Shown: positions 20,412 to 29,958 of the stretch, one piece after another
Position numbering within the stretch: the first letter of the stretch is position 1
How the letters are laid out: every line of letters starts with the position of its first letter
Virus record (IMG/VR): IMGVR_UViG_3300032287_002972
Span: 64,001-128,000 of that record
Origin: a virus
Direction: 5' to 3' (one strand)
DNA: 64,000 nt
The notes under the pieces: model-generated
The model's input: the letters and a program-made list of their open reading frames with translations, nothing else
What the model was told of the DNA's origin: nothing
The model's database searches: none
Made by a program: the position numbers and the translations under genes

Positions 20412-21940
20412 ATTTTTTTATTTAAATTTACAAATAATTCAATGTATCTTTTTTTATGAACGGGACTTAAAAATTTAAATTCATATCCTTGAAGGTCATA
20501 TTTTTGTATTTGAGATTTTATTGAATCTTTTGGAAAATCATTCTTAACGAATTTTTCTAAAACAGATATTTTTCTTTCAAAATACGTTTCTTTTTGAGTA
20601 GATGAAGCGTGTTTAAGTTCTTCTTGGGTCATTGTGTGTTTATTTTTTATGAGTGTATCGATTGCAAATGTCTTTTGCTCGGGAGTTAACATTTCAAATT
20701 CCCAATCAAGTAAAGAATGTCCTTTATTTATTTTAATATTAAAATGTTCTTCTCTTTGTTCAGGAGTTGCCTCTTTTAGTTGGTCTGTCCATATTAATAT
20801 ACCATTTTTTATTTTATAATCAATTATTTCTTTTTTTACTTCTTTTGGTGAGTTATTAAATATGTATTCGTCTTCATACATATTATAGACAGTATACTTA
20901 TTATTTTTTATAAGTAATGAAATATATCTTTTCTTTTGACTTTGTGATGCTAATACATAATATAATAAATCCTGAAGAATATTTCCATTTATTAACATTT
21001 TTTCAATAAGTTGTCTTCTATCCATTATAGGAAGTGATATAAATTCTGGATTTGTTAGTTCTTCACCTTTTTCTATTTTTTTTAGTGCCCTGTTTCTAAT
21101 AGATTTTTTACCCTCAACCGTATCTCTATAACTATCATCATATAAACATCCTAACCTTCTATATGTTCCCGACAATTTTTGTGTTTTTTCCATGTAATCG
21201 TCTATAGTATCTGTAAATTTTTCAGAATCTGGTATATTGCCATATGTTTTTTGGTCTGGATATAAAATAACATCTTTTTCATTTTCTACATTTAGAAATG
21301 GTTTTATTAAAACTCTCCCTAATGGGTTTTCTATATTTGTATCATTTACTTTTGTTAAATAACATATTATAGTTCCCTCTTTCATGTCTCTTTCCACGTA
21401 ATGTTGGTTCCCCCCCATAATAAGGTTCATACAACTACTCCAAGTAGGTAATCTACCAGTCGACATTCCCGCAATATCGTACTTGGCACTGGAAAATATT
21501 ATAACTAAATCATCCTCTTTATCTATTATACCTCTACTCTTTATTGATGCATATCTATCTATTAATTCTTTTGCTTCAGGTTCTTTTTTTGACACAATAT
21601 TCAAGGCTCTATTTAACGCTATTTCCTTATTATTTTTCATATTTATCGCAAGATTATTTCGATAATCTTTTATGATGAATTGGTATGGTTCTAATATGTC
21701 TTTAATCTCATTTTCTGTAGAATCATTCGTATATGGAAACGATATTCTCCATCCTCGTTTATCTATTTGACGTGCGTTAGGTAATGATTTTAAATTCGTG
21801 AATACTTGTTTAATCCTTTCCTCAGCTTCTGGACTTCTTTCTATTTCAAGATATTTTTTTGCTACGGAGTATGCGACCGCTTCGTCAACAGTACTTTTAA
21901 TAATCTTTTTATATTGTGATTCTGTAATTATTATTTTCAT
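20408..21940 (-). CDS. Large ITESQ-leader protein with C-terminal helical repeats
   Basis: GMSTGR..WSSCM...GRVLIKPF...YG; repeats G..L...EF..L.PEQ. Confidence 0.65.
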   Translation of the reverse strand: MKIIITESQYKKIIKSTVDEAVAYSVAKKYLEIERSPEAEERIKQVFTNLKSLPNARQIDKRGWRISFPYTNDSTENEIKDILEPYQFIIKDYRNNLAINMKNNKEIALNRALNIVSKKEPEAKELIDRYASIKSRGIIDKEDDLVIIFSSAKYDIAGMSTGRLPTWSSCMNLIMGGNQHYVERDMKEGTIICYLTKVNDTNIENPLGRVLIKPFLNVENEKDVILYPDQKTYGNIPDSEKFTDTIDDYMEKTQKLSGTYRRLGCLYDDSYRDTVEGKKSIRNRALKKIEKGEELTNPEFISLPIMDRRQLIEKMLINGNILQDLLYYVLASQSQKKRYISLLIKNNKYTVYNMYEDEYIFNNSPKEVKKEIIDYKIKNGILIWTDQLKEATPEQREEHFNIKINKGHSLLDWEFEMLTPEQKTFAIDTLIKNKHTMTQEELKHASSTQKETYFERKISVLEKFVKNDFPKDSIKSQIQKYDLQGYEFKFLSPVHKKRYIELFVNLNKKI

Positions 21941-21950
21941 AATTTTTTAT

Positions 21951-22814
21951 TTATAGTTGTTCCAATTGTTTAATCTGTTTTGGCCAAAGAAAGATATGTG
22001 ATTGTCTCCTTAATAACCCTAAAAAATTATCTATATCTCTTCTATATTTTTTACTTAAATATTCTATTTTATCTAATGTTAGATCTTCATTAGGTTTAAA
22101 TAATTTATTACGAAGATTTTCGGGTACTTCTTCAGATTTTAACTCCTTACCATATTTTTTTAAAAATTCTCTTCTTGTATATCTTATCCAAGGACCATCA
22201 GTATTTCGTCTAAAAAATCGACCTTCATGAAACCATACCGTTTTTATTTCATTCGGATCCAAATCACCAATAAATAATGCTTGATGTTCAGGGTCATTAA
22301 ATATACTATTACCTAATTCGGGTCTGTCTGATTTTGATACTCTATTTTTACCATATTTACCTTCAGGGTCATTCTCACCATATTCTTTTCTTTTCCTTAA
22401 TATTTCTTGTTGTCTTTCATCATCATTTTTAAATGATTTTGTCATTTGACCCGGAACAAAATAACTATCTTGACCCGCCCATACAGGTGATTCTAAATTG
22501 GTTACTTTAGTGTCAAATTCAATAATGATTCCAGATGATGCAAATCTTCGTGACACTATATTAAATTCTGTGGACACAAATAATCCTTTTGGGTTATTAC
22601 CACTTTCGTATGAATATATTCTTCGAGCCCTAACACCACCAGATAAACCATGTGTTAAAGAATATAATGCATCTGCTGTACTTGATGAATTAAATCCATG
22701 GTATACTCTTATTTTTTCAGAATCTTTTATTGGTTCAAAATCTTTTAAGTATGACCCAACAACTCTAGTCTCTAAAAGTCTTTTTAGTTGTGATTCTGTA
22801 ATTATTACTTTCAT
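21951..22814 (-). CDS. Putative ADP-ribosyltransferase-fold protein with ITESQ leader
   Basis: RVYHG...GLFVS...IIEF...EHQALF. Confidence 0.55.
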   Translation of the reverse strand: MKVIITESQLKRLLETRVVGSYLKDFEPIKDSEKIRVYHGFNSSSTADALYSLTHGLSGGVRARRIYSYESGNNPKGLFVSTEFNIVSRRFASSGIIIEFDTKVTNLESPVWAGQDSYFVPGQMTKSFKNDDERQQEILRKRKEYGENDPEGKYGKNRVSKSDRPELGNSIFNDPEHQALFIGDLDPNEIKTVWFHEGRFFRRNTDGPWIRYTRREFLKKYGKELKSEEVPENLRNKLFKPNEDLTLDKIEYLSKKYRRDIDNFLGLLRRQSHIFLWPKQIKQLEQL

Positions 22815-22875
22815 GATTTTTTTATATATTATAAATATCCCGGCGCCCGAGAACTATTTTTTATTAGGAATGTCT

Positions 22876-23373
22876 TTAATTACGTTCTTTAAAATAGTTG
22901 TTTATTATGTGTCCGCCTTTAAAAAAATTGACCTTATCAAATGGTTTATCCCATTCGGTTTCATTGTCAATTAGTTGTTGTCTAATATCATAACCAATAA
23001 TACCCGCATAACATGAAATGTCGTCAATCTCTAGTGGAGTTACCTCAATTAAAGTGTTATTATCAGAGTCATACGCCCACCAATGTTCAATTGGGTAATA
23101 TGATTCAGTAAATGCATAACCACCCACAGGAAATATATTTTTACCTTCGTCTATTCCATCCATAACATAGTTAAACGAATTTCTTTCACACTTGTTTTTT
23201 TTACCGTATATATAATTTATACGTTTAACATCACCAACTAAAGAAAACACATAATTTGGGTTAGTCTCAGCAAACGTTAAAAAGTTTTCACCTAATCTAT
23301 CATTAATACCTTTTATATGGAATTTAATCAATTCGTCATTATTTATTTCATTTAAAATGGTAATTAATTTCAT
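22876..23373 (-). CDS. Papain/transglutaminase-like fold protein
   Basis: NKCERNS...IEHWWAYD...IEVT (Cys-His-Glu arrangement). Confidence 0.5.
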   Translation of the reverse strand: MKLITILNEINNDELIKFHIKGINDRLGENFLTFAETNPNYVFSLVGDVKRINYIYGKKNKCERNSFNYVMDGIDEGKNIFPVGGYAFTESYYPIEHWWAYDSDNNTLIEVTPLEIDDISCYAGIIGYDIRQQLIDNETEWDKPFDKVNFFKGGHIINNYFKERN

Positions 23374-23384
23374 TATAATATTTT

Positions 23385-23927
23385 TTAATTAAATTGTTCT
23401 AAATACTTAACGAGTCTTTCCCCATATAATATATCATATGGTTCTTGTTCTTCCAATGAAAAATAATCACCGTTTTCAATAAAATTAGGTAAAGATTGAA
23501 CATCTATATAATTTACTGTATTGACTTTTTTATTTTTCATATCATAAACATAACCATTAATTCTTCTAAAAATTGTTTCATTCTTTTTAATAATTACCAA
23601 TATTGCCTCATTAATGTTTGGTGTACCACCAAAATTAGAATAACTCCAAGTATCAGGGTTATCACTAAAAAATAAAACTCCTTCAACTCTATCTTCGTTT
23701 TGGTTATAATATTCATCATCCATATACATTTGGTAACTTTCAGTATTTTTAACGGTGTCACCAAAATCAGGTAATAAACCAAATCTTTTTATCGAATCCA
23801 AATTTTTAATATTTGAACCATGATATAAAAAAGATTTATTTGGTTTTGGTACTTTAACTATTTTTTCTTCATTTAAAATATTGTTAACAACCCTTTTAAA
23901 TTGTGATTCTGTGATTATTATTTTCAT
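23385..23927 (-). CDS. Putative ADP-ribosyltransferase-fold protein with ITESQ leader
   Basis: FLYHGSN...SIKRFGLLP...VLFFSD. Confidence 0.65.
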   Translation of the reverse strand: MKIIITESQFKRVVNNILNEEKIVKVPKPNKSFLYHGSNIKNLDSIKRFGLLPDFGDTVKNTESYQMYMDDEYYNQNEDRVEGVLFFSDNPDTWSYSNFGGTPNINEAILVIIKKNETIFRRINGYVYDMKNKKVNTVNYIDVQSLPNFIENGDYFSLEEQEPYDILYGERLVKYLEQFN

Positions 23928-23971
23928 ATTTTTTTTATAAATTATAAATATCCCGGCACCCGAGAACCGTT

Positions 23972-24823
23972 TTAACTTAATAATTTCTCCACGGTGTTCA
24001 CCAATTCAGGATTACTTCCGTCTTGTTTTGCTTCATGATATTTTTGGGAAATGAATAGTTCAATATTTGGAACAAGAAGGTCATTAAGTTTTTCTTGTGG
24101 TATCAACATTATTTCTCTCCCATCATCAAAAATAACACCATCAAAACCTGAATGTAAAATTAGGTTATTAAAAGAATCCTCCAAACCAAAAACAGAGTTA
24201 AGTTTATTTAAGTTATTAGTTTCAATAACTCTTAATTCTAATTGTTCCATAAATCTATCAAATCCTAATTTAGGTTCTTCTTTTAATGATTTTTTTAATG
24301 TGTTAACAATATAATCGGTATTTTTATCAAAAACGGAATATCTTTCTTTTAGGTTATTTATTTCATTTGTAATTTCATCATATTCGTTATTGTTACGTAC
24401 ATTAATCAACAAATCCTCTAGTTTATGGATTCTTGAACTTATTTCAGATGGTAATTCTAACATGTAAATTACTTGATTAATGCTCATATTTCCATTTAAT
24501 AAGTCTAAAGAATTTGCGTTCAAATATGTTGACTTTTGTCCGTAATCATAATTTTTAAATGAACTACTAAAATAATATCCTTTACCATATCTTCCTCTCA
24601 TTGAACCTTTTATTTTAGATGAGTCAAAATTGGAAATGACTTGGTCTCCGTTATGTGCAATTAGATTAGTTAAATTTCTTAATGTTACCTCAGTTTGTAT
24701 ATCTTTTAATTTCGGTTTTAATGATTCAGATGTGGATTCTACTGATTCTAAAGATGGGTTAGTTGTTGATTCATTTAATCCCATTATATTTTTAATCCGT
24801 GATATTTGTTCGTTTAGTTCCAT
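23972..24823 (-). CDS. Putative ADP-ribosyltransferase (polyvalent-protein type) with LNEQISRIK leader
   Basis: IAHNG...FDSSKI...YGKGYYFS...GFDGVI...EIM; ATG at 24823. Confidence 0.6.
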   Translation of the reverse strand: MELNEQISRIKNIMGLNESTTNPSLESVESTSESLKPKLKDIQTEVTLRNLTNLIAHNGDQVISNFDSSKIKGSMRGRYGKGYYFSSSFKNYDYGQKSTYLNANSLDLLNGNMSINQVIYMLELPSEISSRIHKLEDLLINVRNNNEYDEITNEINNLKERYSVFDKNTDYIVNTLKKSLKEEPKLGFDRFMEQLELRVIETNNLNKLNSVFGLEDSFNNLILHSGFDGVIFDDGREIMLIPQEKLNDLLVPNIELFISQKYHEAKQDGSNPELVNTVEKLLS

Positions 24824-24825
24824 GA

Positions 24826-25581
24826 TTAACAATTTATATTAATATCGAGATTATTTAATCTACTTATCATTTCGTTGGTTTTCTTTTCTGTATCTTTTGA
24901 TAATATACCACCAACTTTATTTGTAATAAAAACTTCCGAGATTTTAATTACGTTTTTTAATGGTATTGGTTCAAAAACTCTAATATACTCATCTTGTAAC
25001 ATATACAAATCCAAGTCTTTTGGTGATATTGCTAATATAACACCTTCACTACTGTTCGGAAGATAATTTCTTGCGGTACTTGGAGTTTGTCCCAAATTGA
25101 TACCTTCAGTTTCCAAGATAGCACCCCTCATATCGCTGTCTATAAAACCTTGTTTTTTTATTCTTTCCCAATCTTTTAACGAAACACCTCTAAATAATAT
25201 TTTATCACCAATTGCTCGATAAATTGGAATTTTACTATCTTTGTCCCATGATCCTGTTGTTGGCAATTCACCAACCTTTTCTCCCATTTTGTATGTGTAG
25301 GAATCACTATAATTTAAATCTTTTAAAAAAATGGTCATTTGGTTTTTGACATCATCCTTATCTGATAAAAAATAACCGTCCTCAAAATACCCACGAATTC
25401 TACGTTGTTCTTGTTTAAGTTCATACCATTTATCATCATAATTTTCATTATCATAATCACTAATCACCTTTTCCAATGTCTGTTGAATACATTTTAATTT
25501 ATTATCTATATTATTTGATGAGACTTGTTCATTTAACCCCATTATATTTTTAATCCGTGATATTTGTTCGTTTAGTTCCAT
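24826..25581 (-). CDS. Putative ADP-ribosyltransferase-fold protein (start moved to the ATG at 25581)
   Basis: LFRGVS..W..IKKQGFI...TARNY...VILAI...DEYI; leader identical to the neighbouring gene. Confidence 0.6.
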   Translation of the reverse strand: MELNEQISRIKNIMGLNEQVSSNNIDNKLKCIQQTLEKVISDYDNENYDDKWYELKQEQRRIRGYFEDGYFLSDKDDVKNQMTIFLKDLNYSDSYTYKMGEKVGELPTTGSWDKDSKIPIYRAIGDKILFRGVSLKDWERIKKQGFIDSDMRGAILETEGINLGQTPSTARNYLPNSSEGVILAISPKDLDLYMLQDEYIRVFEPIPLKNVIKISEVFITNKVGGILSKDTEKKTNEMISRLNNLDININC

Positions 25582-25594
25582 AATTAATATATTT

Positions 25595-26083
25595 TTAAAA
25601 ATCCCCAATATAGTCGTAATATTCATTAGGGTCTGATGATAACTTATTAATAACAACATATCTTTCATCAAATTCAACATCAGGTATTTTTTTCCAACAA
25701 TATCCACCTCCTGTTTCATAAAGATAAGGTGGTATATCAACATTATATACACCATCTTCTGTTCTTGCCACGACATATACATGTTGTTCTCCAGATACTT
25801 GAGATACTGTTGAACATTCTATTCCATTATTTGATAAGACATCAGCCATTGCATCTGCAATGTCTTGACAAATACCACCTTCACCTAACATATCACAATA
25901 ACCATTTTCGTCTTGTTCCCAATCATCATAAACTTTTTGTGAGGAAAGGGCAAGTTTTGATTTTAAACTAAACAAAATATCTGTGTCTGTTTGTTCATTT
26001 AATGATTTTTTATAACCATGTTTTTTGTGTAATTCGAGAATTTCTCTCTTTTCAGATTCTGTTAAGACAAAGTTCTTATACAT
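25595..26083 (-). CDS. Papain/transglutaminase-like fold protein with LTESEKREILELH leader
   Basis: GGICQDIA...HVYV...VDIP (Cys-His-Asp). Confidence 0.5.
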   Translation of the reverse strand: MYKNFVLTESEKREILELHKKHGYKKSLNEQTDTDILFSLKSKLALSSQKVYDDWEQDENGYCDMLGEGGICQDIADAMADVLSNNGIECSTVSQVSGEQHVYVVARTEDGVYNVDIPPYLYETGGGYCWKKIPDVEFDERYVVINKLSSDPNEYYDYIGDF

Positions 26084-26127
26084 GTATTTTTTTTTTTAAT
26101 ATTTATAATAAAAAAACTGGAAAATTT

Positions 26128-26946
26128 TTATTTATTAAGTCCTTTTGTATTAATATTTATATTTGCAATTTTTGAAATATCTAAATAAACTTTATTATCT
26201 TTAAGAATTGAAAATGTGGCGAATAATGCGGGTATGTCTGAAAATTTTACATTATTTATTCTTAAGACAGAATAAAATGACCATAAATCTGATAGTACAC
26301 CTTTTTCTCCTTCCGGTTTTTGAAAAACCAAAAAATTATTTACTTTTCCTATTCTATAATCACCAAATGTCATTTTTTTTGTCTTTATTGCGTTAATAAA
26401 TTTACTCATAACCATTTGAGGATTATCCACAGGACCAATACCTAAAGTACTTCTTAAATTTTGAATTCTTGCTAACGTTTCTCGTTCGTTAGCGACATAC
26501 GAATCTTGTCCATTTTGAGGTGATGTAAGTGGTGTTGTATTTGTTGTTATTGAATCTTCACCAAGTTTAGTCATTATATTATCTATTAAGTGACCCATTT
26601 CATGTAGAATAGTGTTATACGCCTTAACATTTCCTGTAAATTTCCATGAATTTAAATTTATTAAAAATGGTGAATTAAAATTTACCCAACCATTACTATT
26701 CTGATTAGGACTATCATTTTTATTCCATAATTTAAGTTTAAATCTGGGTATTAAACTTAAAATCTTTTTTATATTATCTTTATTTTTAAATTTCATTATA
26801 GTATCTCTATTACTGTAATGTTTGATGAAATGATTTTTAACGTTTTGTAAATCACCATCATAATTCGTATTATTATTCTGTTCATTAATAATACGACTGA
26901 TTATTTTTTTTAATTGTGATTCGGTTATTTCTATAATCTTACTCAT
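26128..26946 (-). CDS. Zincin-like metallopeptidase with ITESQ leader
   Basis: ILHEMGHLID...Y....ETLAR. Confidence 0.7.
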   Translation of the reverse strand: MSKIIEITESQLKKIISRIINEQNNNTNYDGDLQNVKNHFIKHYSNRDTIMKFKNKDNIKKILSLIPRFKLKLWNKNDSPNQNSNGWVNFNSPFLINLNSWKFTGNVKAYNTILHEMGHLIDNIMTKLGEDSITTNTTPLTSPQNGQDSYVANERETLARIQNLRSTLGIGPVDNPQMVMSKFINAIKTKKMTFGDYRIGKVNNFLVFQKPEGEKGVLSDLWSFYSVLRINNVKFSDIPALFATFSILKDNKVYLDISKIANININTKGLNK

Positions 26947-27056
26947 TTTAATATTTCTATATAAATAGAAAAAAAACTGGAAAATTTTTTTTCACATTTA
27001 CCCATAAAAAGTCGACTTTTAGGATTTTTTCCGGAAAAATTTCTGTTACGGCATTG

Positions 27057-27155
27057 TCCCCCCTCTGGACACATATAAAAAACCCTTATATAAGGGGGGG
27101 TACGGGAGGGGGGTATGGATAGGGGGGTATGGGGGGAATGGTCATAGAGGGGGTA
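27057..27155. other. G-tract junction (G-quadruplex-capable) at the divergent strand switch; candidate genome end or packaging region
   Basis: Six G runs (G7, G3, G6, G6, G6, G5) within about 60 bp of an otherwise very AT-rich genome. Confidence 0.5.
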
Positions 27156-27284
27156 CACTTTGAATCTAAGATAGGTTTGGGTCATTTGTAAGGGTAAACC
27201 CTACATACGGGGGTACGTTCGTCACAATCAATTTATGTACGTTTTAAAGGGGTAAAAATTATTTTAAAAATAAATATAAAAAAG

Positions 27285-27316
27285 TTTGGATTATACAAAA
27301 CTAAATATTATCTTTG
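27285..27316 (+). promoter_or_regulatory. First Bacteroidota sigma70-type early promoter; about 35 similar copies up to 54 kb
   Basis: TTTG-N20-TATCTTTG with A-rich upstream tract; matches the Bacteroides/Flavobacterium -33/-7 consensus. Confidence 0.85.
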
Positions 27317-27357
27317 TCAAGTCGTTATGACATTCACCACTAAAGATTTTTTAACAC

Positions 27358-27612
27358 ATGGAAACAACAATCAATTTTTCTTTCATCGTGACAAGAGACA
27401 CGGTTGAAAATTTCAGAGGTACATTACCTTCAAAATTTTCGACACCACAGGAATTGTGGAAACACATTAAGTACCATTCTGAAAACATTGAATCCTTTGA
27501 GTTAGAAAGGTTCGAATTTGACGTTGACTATAACGGTTGGACAAACAAACTAACCATTGACCAAATTGTCAACGACCCTTTAGAAGATGAGTTTGATATT
27601 GAGTTTGAGTAA
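27358..27612 (+). CDS. Early hypothetical protein (Ala-free, acidic)
   Basis: Lies between promoter and terminator. Confidence 0.75.
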   Translation: METTINFSFIVTRDTVENFRGTLPSKFSTPQELWKHIKYHSENIESFELERFEFDVDYNGWTNKLTIDQIVNDPLEDEFDIEFE

Positions 27613-27627
27613 CCAAACTAAGAATAA

Positions 27628-27750
27628 CCCTACCAATTAGGTGGGGTTATTTTTTTGTCATGTATGTAAACCCTACCAATTAGGTAGGATTAATAAGTTC
27701 TACTGAATAGGTAGGATTAATATGTTCTACTGAATAGGTAGGATTAATTT
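27628..27750. repeat. Short tandem hairpin repeats (CTAC..AATAGGTAGGATTAA); related copies at 28180-28245
   Basis: Four related units seen directly. Confidence 0.7.
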
Positions 27751-27935
27751 AGGGGAAAATGAAATTAGTGGGGCAACGACCTCACCATTCCATGGGGTAC
27801 TTGCCCCACTAAATTTTCCGTGGATACGGGGTAAAAATTATTTTAAAAATAAATATAAAAAAGTTTGGATTATACAAAACTAAATATTATCTTTGTCAAG
27901 TCGTTATGACGTTCACCACTAAAGATTTTTTACTT

Positions 27936-28163
27936 ATGAGTTTATTATTGACCGAGTACCTTACGGTACAAAATGTTCTGAATGAGAAATTTGAGAACCT
28001 ACTCGAAGAGTTCACCACAAACGAATTTGTCACCGAAGTTGGGGACAAAATCTTTGAGGAAACGGGAAAGACGTTTGACGACGAAGAAGTCAAAGAGATG
28101 ATTGGGGAAACGTTGTTTTCTCATCTACTTTTAAATGTATCCTTATTGATTAATAACCAATAA
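27936..28163 (+). CDS. Early hypothetical protein, paralog of 35209
   Basis: TNEFVTEVGDKIFEETG versus TNEFVEEIGDEIFEKTG. Confidence 0.75.
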   Translation: MSLLLTEYLTVQNVLNEKFENLLEEFTTNEFVTEVGDKIFEETGKTFDDEEVKEMIGETLFSHLLLNVSLLINNQ

Positions 28164-28428
28164 GGATACCTTAAAAATACCCTACTGAATAAGTAGGGTA
28201 TTTTTTTGTCATGTATGTAAATCCTATCAAGTAGGTAGGATTAATTTGGGGGAAAATAAAATTAGTGGGGCAAGTACCCTATGGAATGGTGAGGTCGTTG
28301 CCCCACTAAATTTTCCGTGGATACAGGGGTAAAAATTATTTTAAAAAAAGTATAAAATAAATTTGTTTATATCAAACTAATTTTGTATTTTTACGTTATA
28401 ATTATTTCACCACTTAAAATTTATTACC

Positions 28429-28722
28429 ATGAATAAGGTAGATTGGGACTTGACAGATAGTCTAAACTCGTTGTTACAATTGGAAAAAATACCTTTTAAT
28501 GAGGTGTTTCCTTTTTGGGATAAAAACATTGATAAGGTAAAAAATACCTTTTATCCTGAAAGAAATACTACTCATATCAACGAACATGAGTGGTATGAGA
28601 ATAGGTTGTTTGTGTGGTATAATAACAATGTACGGTATGTATCAAGATATATATGTACACAAGACCCTGACGACGGTCTTATATGTGATATAGGTGAGGG
28701 TGTAATGTTATATCCCGAATAA
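28429..28722 (+). CDS. Early hypothetical protein
   Basis: Cassette architecture. Confidence 0.75.
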   Translation: MNKVDWDLTDSLNSLLQLEKIPFNEVFPFWDKNIDKVKNTFYPERNTTHINEHEWYENRLFVWYNNNVRYVSRYICTQDPDDGLICDIGEGVMLYPE

Positions 28723-28936
28723 TCAAAAGACCCCGAATGAAAGTTCGGGGTTCTTTATTGGGAAAATTGGAATTAGTGGGGCAAGTACCCTATGGAATGG
28801 TGAGGTCGTTGCCCCACTAAATTTTCCGTCCACGGTGACGTGAAAAATTATTTTAAAAAAAAAGATAAAATAAATTTGGTTATATCAGAATATAGTTTTA
28901 TCTTTGGGTATTGTTAAAATTAAAAAAAAATCAGTC

Positions 28937-29158
28937 ATGAGAATCAAGGAAAAAATTTCAGAAATCTTAGTTGTATGTTTTTGTTTATTTACCCTTACAG
29001 TAGGGTTGAATATCATTATTGAAAACACATTACCTTTAGGGGTAATTATTTTCAGTTTTATGGTATCAATTTTAACCCTATTACTTAGTGTAGTATTAAT
29101 AGGGTCATGGGTAAAGGAATATAGAGAAGAAAAGAAAAGAAGAAATAGGTCTTTTTAA
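28937..29158 (+). CDS. Early two-TM membrane protein
   Basis: Two hydrophobic segments and a basic tail. Confidence 0.7.
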   Translation: MRIKEKISEILVVCFCLFTLTVGLNIIIENTLPLGVIIFSFMVSILTLLLSVVLIGSWVKEYREEKKRRNRSF

Positions 29159-29420
29159 ACCTAAGACATAGTGGTATGTTTTTGTGTCCCCGACTATTAT
29201 AGTTGGGGATTTTTTTTGTCTGTACTTTTGGTTGACGAGAAGACAATAGTTAAATAAAATTAGTGGGGCAAGTACCCTATGGAATGGTGAGGTCGTTGCC
29301 CCACTAATTTTTCCGTGGACGGTGGTGTAATTTTATTTTTAAAATAATATAAAATAAATTTGGTTATATCAAATATTATTATTAGATTTATACTTTAGTT
29401 AATTACAAAAACAAACAACG

Positions 29421-29741
29421 ATGGAAATTACACAAAAAAAGAAATGGAAACAAACTATTGGAATTAAGGGTTATTATAGACCTATCAATTCCATTGGGGG
29501 TATTAAGTTTACTTACACTGATGAGAAAATTCCCACAAAGAAAATGAGGTCTGAATTAAAGAGATTTAAAAAGATTTTAAGACAACATGAAATTTCTTTT
29601 AGAACGGTTTTCTCTGAAAGTAGTTCACCAAATGTAGGTTACTTTTTTATTGTAGTTAGTCCCGAAAACTTAGAGAAAGGTAGTTACCTTTCTTATCTTT
29701 ATGGTAGAGAGAAAGACGTTCGTTTTTTCTTTAGTTATTAA
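29421..29741 (+). CDS. Early hypothetical protein
   Basis: Cassette architecture. Confidence 0.75.
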   Translation: MEITQKKKWKQTIGIKGYYRPINSIGGIKFTYTDEKIPTKKMRSELKRFKKILRQHEISFRTVFSESSSPNVGYFFIVVSPENLEKGSYLSYLYGREKDVRFFFSY

Positions 29742-29958
29742 TGAAAGACCCCGAATGAAAGTTCGGGGTTCCTTATTGGGTAATACAAAATTAGTGGGGC
29801 AACCGTATGACAGTATGGGGGTAGGTATGACACTTGCCCCACTAATTCGAGTTTGTTCAGGAGGTAAAAAAATTTTTTTAAAATAATATAAGATAAATTT
29901 GGTTATATCGGAAAATAGATTTATCTTTGGGTATTGTTAATTTTTAAAACTTATTACC

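Noticed and set aside
26943-27185. 80-aa Pro-rich ORF in the track
   Set aside because: It is a translation of the G/C-tract junction with atypical composition, and a late motif inside it serves the next gene
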